Below are positions 53,983-62,427 of a stretch of DNA of 64,000 nt, piece after piece. Where the stretch lies: contig CAZZMO010000003.1 in assembly GCA_964655475.1 (NCBI GenBank), positions 1,329-65,328 of the forward strand, read 5' to 3'. Position 1 is the first letter of the stretch. Every line of letters begins with the position of its first letter. Source of the stretch: an uncultured bacterium. GTDB taxonomy: Bacteria > Chlamydiota > Chlamydiia > Chlamydiales > VGMA01. The position numbers and the translations under genes were made by a program. The notes beneath the pieces are model-generated. The model was not told the DNA's origin, did no database searches, and worked only from the letters and a program-made list of their open reading frames with translations.

Positions 53983-54573
53983 TTAATTAATGGCAACAAA
54001 GCTGTGCTGTCCATGTTCTGGTCTTAGATAATGATTTCCGTTTTTCATATGAACAAGAATGGCGTGCAATTTGCTTTCCAAAGTCCATTTGATGGCTTCT
54101 TGTTTTGGAAGCCATCTAGAATCTTGGTTGATGCAAACCAAGTACTCTGTGATCACACCCCTTTTCTTATGTACTCCTGAAATAATCCATTTTGGAATGA
54201 AATCTTCATTCCCTTCTTTCCATCCTTCAATGCGTTCAATAGCCATACGCAGTCTTTCAAATTCTTCAATAGAAAGGTGTTTAATAAGCTTATTAGGATC
54301 AAGTTTTGAAATGGATAGAAGCATACGTCGATATTCAATCGCATTATGTTTATCATATTTCTCAGGTAGATAAGAAACTGAAAGTTTTTGATAGTCAGCA
54401 GTTTTTAATAAAGAAATTAAAGCTTGTCTTCCTGTTGATTCATCGGAAAAAACAGCCATTCCACCAGCTGATCCAATCGCTCCATGACGCGCGGCAAATC
54501 CCTTGGAATTATAAACCATATTTCCTGGGTTGTTATTTCTCCACGCCTTAGAGCCATCGCTGCGGATAACCAT
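53983..54573 (-). CDS. two-domain protein: N-terminal WRNNNPGN-motif domain plus C-terminal DUF3892-like domain
   Basis: The C-terminus WIISGVHKKRGVITEYLV...WLPKQEAIKWTLESKLHAILV..GNHYLRP resembles DUF3892. The frame stays open ~160 nt upstream without an ATG. Confidence 0.5.
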   Translation of the reverse strand: MVIRSDGSKAWRNNNPGNMVYNSKGFAARHGAIGSAGGMAVFSDESTGRQALISLLKTADYQKLSVSYLPEKYDKHNAIEYRRMLLSISKLDPNKLIKHLSIEEFERLRMAIERIEGWKEGNEDFIPKWIISGVHKKRGVITEYLVCINQDSRWLPKQEAIKWTLESKLHAILVHMKNGNHYLRPEHGQHSFVAIN

Positions 54574-55057
54574 ATTTCCATTTTCATCAAAATATTGAAC
54601 AGTATAAATTGTGGAGCCAATATTTGGGGGACCTTCTTTTGCTGTAATGAATGGAATTTTAAGCTCCTTTAGAAAGTATAAATGTAGCTTTTGGTTTTTT
54701 TTGGAAGAAGCTATCCGGTGAATAGTTCCCTCTTCCTTAGTCCGTTGCTCACACTAAGGGTTGTCCTAAAAAAAGTTATTCCAACTTTAAGATATTGGAA
54801 ATTTTCACCTAGGTCAAGATGGCTGTGAGCGGTTGAATACTTCTTAAAACCTCCTCTAAGATATTGCTTTATTGATTCTACAGCAATGCCAAAACAATCA
54901 ATAAAGCTTTACAGAGCGGAGTTTTTCGATGTGCAATTTGTAGTTTATCTGACTAAAAACAAAAGGCTTCAGTCGTAAAACTGAAGTCTTAATTTTGATT
55001 GGATAAAATTGCAAGAACGAGTGCATTGTTTTTATCTAGAATTTTATGGAGGTTGTT

Positions 55058-55444
55058 ATGTTTAAGGTGTTAATATCGCTTATTTTCTGTTGTTTCACCC
55101 CATCTTTTCTTATGTCTGAAGAGTTAACGAACCTACAAGAGATGCAAAAATTTCAGAAAGATTTTGATGAAAAGTATTTTGAGATCAATCGAGATTTTGA
55201 AAAATTAAGGCATGTTCTGCTCCATCTCGTAAAAACTACAGGGAAGATGGCTACCTATTGTGAATCTATGGAACATGGTAAAGAAACAAGTTCTTCTCAA
55301 GTTGTAGACGAAGTCCTTCCAGATTTACTTATCCATGCATTCCAAATTGCGAATTATTACGATGTGGACATCAGTAAAAAATACGATGAAAGAATTCAAT
55401 TTATCGCGAATAGGTCTGAAGCGAATCAGAAAGAAAAACCTTAA
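55058..55444 (+). CDS. MazG-like nucleotide pyrophosphohydrolase-fold protein with a signal-like leader
   Basis: A GGAGG SD lies 4 nt before ATG 55058. Leader MFKVLISLIFCCFTPSFLMSEE. The helical core LRHVLLHLVKTTGKMATYCE...PDLLIHAFQIANYYDVD is MazG-like. Weak call. Confidence 0.4.
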   Translation: MFKVLISLIFCCFTPSFLMSEELTNLQEMQKFQKDFDEKYFEINRDFEKLRHVLLHLVKTTGKMATYCESMEHGKETSSSQVVDEVLPDLLIHAFQIANYYDVDISKKYDERIQFIANRSEANQKEKP

Positions 55445-55460
55445 TTTAGTGGATAAAAAA

Positions 55461-55486
55461 GGCTAGATCGTTTGATCTGGCCTTTT
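55461..55486 (+). terminator. rho-independent terminator-like hairpin
   Basis: GGCTAGATC-gttt-GATCTGGCC forms a 9-bp stem with one G.U pair, followed by TTTT. It is flanked by A6 upstream, so it could act bidirectionally. Confidence 0.5.
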
Positions 55487-55506
55487 CTGTCTTGGAGGTG
55501 GAGAGA
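55479..55506 (-). repeat. direct repeat of the tmRNA 3' end plus its downstream flank (att-like)
   Basis: ggccttttctgtcttggaggtggagaga recurs at 56066-56094 (one extra c), where tggaggtggagaga is the true ssrA 3' end. A partial third copy, ggctgttttctgtctt, is at 53126-53141. Confidence 0.8.
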
Positions 55507-55547
55507 CGCTATTTCAGAACTTTTGACTGGGAATTATTTGCTATAAC

Positions 55548-56012
55548 TTAAAGCTTTTTTCTCATTCGATAATTGATAAATTCTACGCCCTTGAAGATTT
55601 TGGTTTGTTTCTCAAGGATTTCAAAACCTACTCTTTTGGCAAGAGGCATAGCCATGATGCTTGCTTCAGTTGTCATCTCATGTAGGCCAAGCTTTCTTGC
55701 TTCTTCCTCGAACTTTTTAAAAATTCCTAGAGAAGCGCCCTTACCTTGATAGTTTTTGTGAACAAAAAGATGGTCAATGTACCCATCATAGGTCATGTCA
55801 CCAAAGCCAATAATTTGGTTCTCTTCCTCTACAACATAAGTAATATTGGCTGATAAGTTCTTGAGCCAGCTCTCACGATTGATAGCCAGTTGGTCAGCCC
55901 AGGTTTCTATCTGCACAGAATTGTAATATCTATTTGCAACCATGCGCACAGAGTCGCAAAAAAGAGCTATTACACCTTCTAAGTCTTTTGGAGAAAATTT
56001 TCGAATGATCAT
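55548..56012 (-). CDS. GNAT-family N-acetyltransferase (cargo between the tmRNA-end repeats)
   Basis: HLFVHKNYQGKGASLGIF matches the acetyl-CoA motif. The internal ATG 56012 (MIIRKFSPKDLEG) is preferred because the longer ORF to 56123 would overlap ssrA. Confidence 0.7.
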   Translation of the reverse strand: MIIRKFSPKDLEGVIALFCDSVRMVANRYYNSVQIETWADQLAINRESWLKNLSANITYVVEEENQIIGFGDMTYDGYIDHLFVHKNYQGKGASLGIFKKFEEEARKLGLHEMTTEASIMAMPLAKRVGFEILEKQTKIFKGVEFINYRMRKKL

Positions 56013-56040
56013 ATGAGCGATAAATCTACCTGAAGTGATA

Positions 56041-56070
56041 AAAAAAAGGCCAAAATTTTCATCTTGGCCC
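56041..56070 (-). terminator. tmRNA terminator
   Basis: On the minus strand, GGCCAA-gaugaaaauu-UUGGCC is followed by U7, ~11 nt after the tmRNA 3' end. Confidence 0.6.
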
Positions 56071-56080
56071 TTTTCTGTCT

Positions 56081-56503
56081 TGGAGGTGGAGAGAATCGAA
56101 CTCTCGTCCTTAGCAAGATTCACACTGATGACTACATGCTTAGCCTCTCAAGGTGTAAAGTCAGCGTTGCTATAAGAGGCCCTACTGGGCGCTGACTTCA
56201 CCCGTAATTCTCGGGTGTTACCTTACGAGTGTCTAGGGTAACACTCACACCAAGTGGTATGACGATGAGAAGAAGGCCCTTGGTCCAGACTTCAGCCATC
56301 GGCTGGTTAAACTATTAAGTATTAAGCAGCAATTTTTTTAAGAGCTTCAGGTTGAGCATCTCCGAAGAGAGAAACAACCTTTGTGCTCTTTTGACGACGT
56401 CTATTAGCGACAGTTATCAATTTACCGGATGATTTAGGAGGCCAACCGATATCCTCCGCATGCCACCATTGTTGCACTTCAAAGTCGAAGCCATTACACC
56501 CCC
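56081..56503 (-). ncRNA. ssrA: tmRNA (transfer-messenger RNA)
   Basis: 5' GGGGGUG pairs with 3' CACCUCC-A, including the G3.U pair that is the alanine identity element. T-arm GAGAGUUCGAUUCUCUC. An internal frame from GCU (56408) to UAA (56322) encodes ANRRRQKSTKVVSLFGDAQPEALKKIAA. CCA is not encoded. Confidence 0.9.
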
Positions 56504-56630
56504 ACTGAGGGAAAGGGGACCCTTTCCCTCAGCTAGAGTGTAATAATTACCTTTATTGTAGGGGAAATAGTATGAATTTTCAATAGAAATAAAGAGTTTA
56601 TCCCGGTATAGTGTGAGGGGTGAGGTTTAT

Positions 56631-59600
56631 ATGTTTGAGATAGAGAAAGAATCGTTTGCAGATCAGGAAAAAGTTGTACTGGAGTTTTGGCAAAAGGAAA
56701 AGATTTTCCAAAAGTCCATCGAGAATCGAAAATCAGCTCCACTGTTTCGTTCCTATGATGGCCCCCCTTTTGCAACGGGTTTGCCACACTATGGACACAT
56801 TTTGGCAGGGACTATTAAGGATGTGGTTCTCCGCTATAAGACGCAGAGAGGATACAAGGTCCCGAGACGTTTTGGATGGGACTGCCACGGACTTCCTATT
56901 GAGAACATGATCGAAAAGGAAAAGGGTCTTTCTGGTGCGCAATCGATCGAAGAGTATGGGATCGGAAAATTCAATGAAGACTGTAGAGCTTCTGTCATGC
57001 GCTATGTGGAGGAGTGGAAGTCGACAGTGGACCGGATGGGGCGCTTCGTAGACTTCGATCAGACCTATAAAACCATGGATCCGACTTTTATGGAGTCTGT
57101 CTGGTGGGTTTTTGGAGAGCTTTGGAAGAAAGGTCTTGTTTATGAAGGGTATAAGGTTATGCCCGTCTCTCATCAGATGGGTACACCACTATCAAATTTT
57201 GAAGCGAATCTTAACTACCACACGGATACCGATCCATCCTTAACGGTAAAATTTCCTTTGAAAAAAGGAGAGAACACCTATCTTCTCATCTGGACAACGA
57301 CACCATGGACGCTCATTTCTAACTTGGCTGTAGCAGTCTCTCCTGATATTGACTATGTGAAGATCAAGAGTGGTGAAGAGACCTACATCCTCGCAAAAAG
57401 TCGTGTATCGCACTACTTCAAGGAAGAGGTTGAAGTCCTTGAAACAATGAAGGGGAGTGATCTTGTTGGCCTTTCATACATCCCACTTTTTGACCACTTG
57501 AAAAAAGAGGCTCCCCGCAAGGCTTTTCAGGTCTACGGAGGGGCGTTTGTCAGTGATGGGGATGGTACAGGCCTTGTCCACATGGCTCCTGCTTTTGGCG
57601 AGGATGACTTTGAGGTTTGTGCGAAGAATGGAATTGATCCAATTTGCTACGTTGACCAGCACTGCCGTTTTACAAGTGACGTGCCTGAATATCAAGGGCA
57701 ATTTGTGAAGGAGGCGGACAAGGACATCATGCGCCGCTTGAAGGCGAGAGGGCTTGTATTCCACCAAGGAACCATTCAGCACCGCTATCCACACTGCTGG
57801 AGAACTGATGAGCCTCTCATCTACAAAGTGGTCAATACGCTCTTTGTCGCTGTCGAAAAAATCAAAGACCGAATCATTACTGCGAATGAGCAAATCCACT
57901 GGGTTCCAGGACACATCAAGCATGGCCGTTTTGGAAAGTGGCTAGAAAATGCCAAAGATTGGGCGATTTCGAGAAACCGCTTTTGGGGGACGCCAATCCC
58001 TGTTTGGAAGTCTGAAGATGGAGATGTGATCGTTATCAAGAGTTTAGAAGAGCTCGAAAAGTACACGGGTGTAAAACCTGGTGACATTCATCGCCACTTC
58101 ATCGATGATCTCGTGATCAATAAAAAAGGGAAGATCTACCGCCGCATCAGTGAAGTGTTTGATTGCTGGTTCGAGTCAGGTTCTGTTCCTTACGCTCAGG
58201 ATCATTTCCCATTTGAGAATAAAGAGATGGTAATGAAGAACTTCCCTGCGGACTTTATTGCAGAAGGACTCGATCAGACGCGTGGCTGGTTCTATACATT
58301 GACCGTTCTTGCAACAGCTCTTTATGACAAGCCTGCTTTTAAACACTGTATTGTGAATGGGATCGTTCTTGCAGAAGATGGGCAGAAGATGTCGAAAAGG
58401 CTTAAAAACTATCCTGATCCAAGCTACATGTTTGATAAGTATGGTGCAGATGCAGTAAGGCTTTACTTGATGCATAGCCCAGTGGTCTACGCTGATGATC
58501 TCCACTTCTCTGAAAAAGGGGTCGAGGGAGTTTTAAGACAGTTTTTGATTCCGCTTTGGAATAGCTATGTGTTCTTTGCTACCTATGCAAATATCTATCA
58601 ATGGCGCCCCTCAGGTACATTCGATGGAAAGCCAAAGGCAGACATCGATCGCTGGATCTTGTCGAGAATGCAGCACCTCATCAAGAATGTGACAAAGGGG
58701 ATGGATGAGTATAGCCTTTCTGAAGCTGTAGAGCCATTTGTCGACTTCATCGATGAGCTTACCAACTGGTACATCAGACGGAACCGTAGCCGTTTTTGGT
58801 CTACTGAAGATACGCTGTCGAGAAGGGAAGCGTTTGAGACGCTCTACTACGTCATGATTGAGCTCGTAAAGTTAGCCGCGTCGTTTGTTCCATTCATTAC
58901 AGAAAGAATTTATCAACAACTACGAACAGATGACATGGTTGAATCGGTCCATTTGACTGATTTCCCAGAATATAAAGAAGATCTTTTTAATGAGATGCTC
59001 GAAGAAGAGATGACTCTCACGAAGATTGTTGTAGGTCTTGGTCATTACCTCCGAAAAGAGCACAAATGCCGAGTCCGTCAACCTCTTGCCTGCGCACATA
59101 TTATTTGTAGCGACTGGAACCGCATCGATGTTCTGAAAAGGCAGAAAAACCTGATTTTAGAAGAACTGAATGTGAAGGATGTTGTATTCCATCTCGATGA
59201 GACAGACTTTGTCGATTACCTCTGCAAGCCTAACTTCCGCGTACTAGGGAAGAAGGTGGGGAATAAGATGAACATAGTGAAGAACATTGTCGAAAATTTT
59301 GATGCTCACATGGCCCATAGGTTCTTGAATCAAGAAAGTGTGACCATTCGTGTTGAAGGGATGGAACTCGAGCTTCTTCCCGAAGATATCATTGTGGAAA
59401 GGAAGGAAAAAGAGGGGCTTGTCGCATGCTCTGAAGATGGTATCACCGTCTCTTTGGATCTTTCCTTGAACGATGCGCTCATTACAGAAGGGCTCGCTAG
59501 AGAGATCATCAATAAGATCAATACCATGAGAAAGAATCAAGAGTTTGAAGTAAGCGATCGAATCCATGTAACTGTCTCTGGACCTAAAGAGGTAGAAGTC

Positions 59601-59732
59601 GCCTACAAAGCCTATAAAGAACTCATCGACGGCGAAGTATTGGCCCTTTCATTCACCTTTGGAAAAGTGAAAGAGGGGACAGAGTGGGATCTCAACGGTC
59701 ATACAGCGCTCTTTTTAGTGGAAAAAGCGTAA
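56631..59732 (+). CDS. ileS: isoleucine--tRNA ligase (type 2, eukaryote-like)
   Basis: HIGH-type motif PHYGH and KMSKR are present. WDCHGLP and the overall class Ia layout match IleRS. ATG at 56631 follows GAGGGGTGAGG. Confidence 0.9.
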   Translation: MFEIEKESFADQEKVVLEFWQKEKIFQKSIENRKSAPLFRSYDGPPFATGLPHYGHILAGTIKDVVLRYKTQRGYKVPRRFGWDCHGLPIENMIEKEKGLSGAQSIEEYGIGKFNEDCRASVMRYVEEWKSTVDRMGRFVDFDQTYKTMDPTFMESVWWVFGELWKKGLVYEGYKVMPVSHQMGTPLSNFEANLNYHTDTDPSLTVKFPLKKGENTYLLIWTTTPWTLISNLAVAVSPDIDYVKIKSGEETYILAKSRVSHYFKEEVEVLETMKGSDLVGLSYIPLFDHLKKEAPRKAFQVYGGAFVSDGDGTGLVHMAPAFGEDDFEVCAKNGIDPICYVDQHCRFTSDVPEYQGQFVKEADKDIMRRLKARGLVFHQGTIQHRYPHCWRTDEPLIYKVVNTLFVAVEKIKDRIITANEQIHWVPGHIKHGRFGKWLENAKDWAISRNRFWGTPIPVWKSEDGDVIVIKSLEELEKYTGVKPGDIHRHFIDDLVINKKGKIYRRISEVFDCWFESGSVPYAQDHFPFENKEMVMKNFPADFIAEGLDQTRGWFYTLTVLATALYDKPAFKHCIVNGIVLAEDGQKMSKRLKNYPDPSYMFDKYGADAVRLYLMHSPVVYADDLHFSEKGVEGVLRQFLIPLWNSYVFFATYANIYQWRPSGTFDGKPKADIDRWILSRMQHLIKNVTKGMDEYSLSEAVEPFVDFIDELTNWYIRRNRSRFWSTEDTLSRREAFETLYYVMIELVKLAASFVPFITERIYQQLRTDDMVESVHLTDFPEYKEDLFNEMLEEEMTLTKIVVGLGHYLRKEHKCRVRQPLACAHIICSDWNRIDVLKRQKNLILEELNVKDVVFHLDETDFVDYLCKPNFRVLGKKVGNKMNIVKNIVENFDAHMAHRFLNQESVTIRVEGMELELLPEDIIVERKEKEGLVACSEDGITVSLDLSLNDALITEGLAREIINKINTMRKNQEFEVSDRIHVTVSGPKEVEVAYKAYKELIDGEVLALSFTFGKVKEGTEWDLNGHTALFLVEKA

Positions 59733-59737
59733 GTTTT

Positions 59738-60166
59738 ATGAAAGAACTTTGCACTCTACATTACGAAGAGCAAAATAAAGCGCAAAGTTGTGAAGAGATT
59801 CTCTTTCATGGTATCAATCAAAATGCTTTTGAAGTTAAAGGGATGCAGCCTATGCATCCCTTTTGTATTTCACTAAAAACTTCTGATAGAAATATTGTTG
59901 GAGGTATAAATGGGGTAACATACTACGGTTGTCTTTATATCGACATGTTATGGATTGCAAAAGAACTTCGACATCAAGGATTTGGCGTTCAATTAGTTAA
60001 AGCTGCAGAGAAGATTGGTCTAGAAAGGGGATGCACCTTTAGCACTATCAACACGATGGATTGGGAAGCTCTCCATTTCTATGAAGGTCTCGGTTACTCT
60101 ATTGAGTTTATTAGAGAAGGTTATGAAAAACAATCGAAGATGTATATGCTTCGCAAAGGTATATGA
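59738..60166 (+). CDS. GNAT-family N-acetyltransferase
   Basis: LWIAKELRHQGFGVQLV matches the acetyl-CoA motif. ATG at 59738 comes just after the ileS stop. Confidence 0.65.
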   Translation: MKELCTLHYEEQNKAQSCEEILFHGINQNAFEVKGMQPMHPFCISLKTSDRNIVGGINGVTYYGCLYIDMLWIAKELRHQGFGVQLVKAAEKIGLERGCTFSTINTMDWEALHFYEGLGYSIEFIREGYEKQSKMYMLRKGI

Positions 60167-60492
60167 AAACGATTTTACTCTTGATTTGCTCGAACCTGTT
60201 CATGACATTTGCCTGGTATGGGCATCTGAAGTGGAAACAGTCGCCTCTATTCTTGACCATTGTTGCCAGCTGGGGGATCGCCTTCTTTGAATACTGCTTC
60301 CAGGTTCCTGCAAACCGGATCGGCAGCTACCAGTTTACCGTTACTCAGCTCAAAACCATCCAAGAGATCATCACGCTATCAGTCTTTTGTATCTTCTCCT
60401 ACTTCTATTTTGGGGAAAAGATCACCATGAACCAAATCCTTGGTTTTGCCTGCCTTGTCCTAGCCGCTTACTTTATGTTTAAACCCAACTAA
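60163..60492 (+). CDS. DMT-superfamily small membrane protein (DUF486-like)
   Basis: 109 aa, 4 TM helices. MKTILLLICSNLFMTFAWYGHLK matches my memory of DUF486. 4-nt ATGA overlap with the upstream GNAT gene. Confidence 0.6.
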   Translation: MKTILLLICSNLFMTFAWYGHLKWKQSPLFLTIVASWGIAFFEYCFQVPANRIGSYQFTVTQLKTIQEIITLSVFCIFSYFYFGEKITMNQILGFACLVLAAYFMFKPN

Positions 60493-60518
60493 TTCTTGTT
60501 GTAATTTTGATCCATCTT

Positions 60519-62402
60519 TTACTCCTTTTTGAAGTCGATGGGGAGGTGGTAGCGCTTTCTGTGGAAGAGGCTCCAGAGGCTGAAGATGAGGAGTGCAGAG
60601 GACCAGATGATGAGGCGAGGGGTGGTGAAGATCTCGTAGGCGAGCTGGTTGGGATAGCCGTAGCGTGAGCCAGATGCCCAGAAGATAAGGGTGGGGACGC
60701 CGCGGATGTTTTCTTTGGGAACGAAGCCGAAGTCGCGACTGTCGGCGCTCATGGCGTGATTGTCGCCGAGTACGAGGTAATGCCCTTCGGGAACTGTAAG
60801 TCCGAGTTTTTCTATCTTAGCGCGATCGATCGAGCCGTCAGGTTTTAGGGGGGCTCCTTGGTCGATGAAGGGAACGTACTGTCCATTCTCGGCTCTCATG
60901 AGCTCTGTTCTGACAAACTCTTGTAAGATAGGATCATCTTTAGTAAAGATTGGGGCGCCAAGCAGGCAGAGCTCACCATCTTTAAAGTATGCATATCTCG
61001 CAGGGCTCAGTGTCTGGTGAAAGTACTGAGGGAGGAAACGGACATCAAATTCCATTCCAACATTGAATAAGACGTAAAAGCGATCTGGGTCAAACTGTGC
61101 AAGAGGATGGGACTCTGGGAGTTCTTTGGTGAGTCCTTGCCACTTCACTTGATAAGCTTTCCCATTTTGATATTCATAAGTTCCATCGGGAACAAAGCCT
61201 CGCAATTTAGGAAGGAAGCTGTGGTAGGTGGTGGCGTAGGCTGAGTCAAGGCCATAACGTTTAGCGTAGCTGTTTTTGACATCAAAACGGGCGGTGTAGA
61301 GGTGCTCCCAAAGTTTTCTTAGGTGTTTTTCTTCAAGTGGGATGAGAGATGTGTAAGAGCCCACGATAGGTCTTGTTCTTCCTAGGAGGTCTTCTTTGAT
61401 TTTTGCATGTTCTAAGTTCGCGTGGTGGGTAAACTCTAAGTAGTAGTCAGCTTTTTTGATCGATGAGGGGCGATAGAGGTCAACGAGTTGTTCATGTGTC
61501 AGCATGCGTACGGTGGCGTAATTGCCCATTCCCCAAAGATCATAGAGATCAAAGCGAGTCTGCTTCTCCATGGGAGCGCTTTTAGGTGGGGATAAGAGCT
61601 GCTTTGTCAATTCCCCTTTCGAGGTGGAAGAGAGTTTAGCAATGGGGATATTCATCTGGTGGAGGAAGATGTCGAGAGGTCCCCCTTTGCCTGCAGCTTT
61701 TGAAGCAATAACCTTCCCTTCTAAATGGATGAAGGGGATGTGTTCGAGTGTGTTAAAATGGGCGTTATGGTAGTGGGAAGAGATGTCCTTTCCCTGTTTG
61801 TCGATCCCATAAATTTCTCCTCCATAAAAATAGAGGGTATCCCCAGGAAGTCCGATCATCCGTTTGACGTATTGTTTAGTTCCAGGGAAGACGTAGAAAT
61901 AGCGAGTCTTGACATCAGGGATGTCCATGTTCTTGCCTGTAAAGATGATGATGCCACCACGAGCTACTTCTTCTTGATCAAAGAGGAAATGGGACGCTTT
62001 TAAGGGGAAGTTAATGCCAAACTGCGTTTTTGAAACGGCCAAGAGATCGTGCTCTTTTAAAGTAGGTCTCATCGAACCAGAGGGAATTTCGTAAAATTCA
62101 AACCAAGTTTGACGGATGACTACGGCTATAAAGAGTGCAAAAACGAGAGCTGAGCTCATCTCATAGAGGTGATCGAAGAGGGATTTTTTGAAAAATTGGG
62201 AGCGGAGCTTTTCAAGAATTTGCAGTCTTTGTTTGGCAAGTGTTGCATCAGACTGTAAAACTGCATTTTGAAGACTTTCCATCGCTCCTTTGAATTCTGT
62301 CACTTGAGCGGCAGTGAGGCGACCCTTTCTCCGACGGTATGTGCGAAGGGATTGCTTTAAAACATTTCTACATTTGCGGAGTGTAAAATAAGAGAAAATC
62401 AT
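60519..62402 (-). CDS. lepB: signal peptidase I (long form)
   Basis: PSGSMRPTL (catalytic Ser box), VKRMIGLPGD (Lys box) and GDNHAMSADSRDFGFVP (box E). 627 aa, as in chlamydial LepB. Confidence 0.9.
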   Translation of the reverse strand: MIFSYFTLRKCRNVLKQSLRTYRRRKGRLTAAQVTEFKGAMESLQNAVLQSDATLAKQRLQILEKLRSQFFKKSLFDHLYEMSSALVFALFIAVVIRQTWFEFYEIPSGSMRPTLKEHDLLAVSKTQFGINFPLKASHFLFDQEEVARGGIIIFTGKNMDIPDVKTRYFYVFPGTKQYVKRMIGLPGDTLYFYGGEIYGIDKQGKDISSHYHNAHFNTLEHIPFIHLEGKVIASKAAGKGGPLDIFLHQMNIPIAKLSSTSKGELTKQLLSPPKSAPMEKQTRFDLYDLWGMGNYATVRMLTHEQLVDLYRPSSIKKADYYLEFTHHANLEHAKIKEDLLGRTRPIVGSYTSLIPLEEKHLRKLWEHLYTARFDVKNSYAKRYGLDSAYATTYHSFLPKLRGFVPDGTYEYQNGKAYQVKWQGLTKELPESHPLAQFDPDRFYVLFNVGMEFDVRFLPQYFHQTLSPARYAYFKDGELCLLGAPIFTKDDPILQEFVRTELMRAENGQYVPFIDQGAPLKPDGSIDRAKIEKLGLTVPEGHYLVLGDNHAMSADSRDFGFVPKENIRGVPTLIFWASGSRYGYPNQLAYEIFTTPRLIIWSSALLIFSLWSLFHRKRYHLPIDFKKE

Positions 62403-62427
62403 AGGGGTATTTTATGTTAGAGAATGA

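Noticed and set aside
56013-56123. The long version of the GNAT ORF (55548-56123), and ORF 56533-56787 on the minus strand.
   Set aside because: The first would run into the ssrA 3' end and terminator, so the internal ATG at 56012 gives a normal-size GNAT. The second overlaps the tmRNA leader palindrome and the ileS 5' end and has no coding features.
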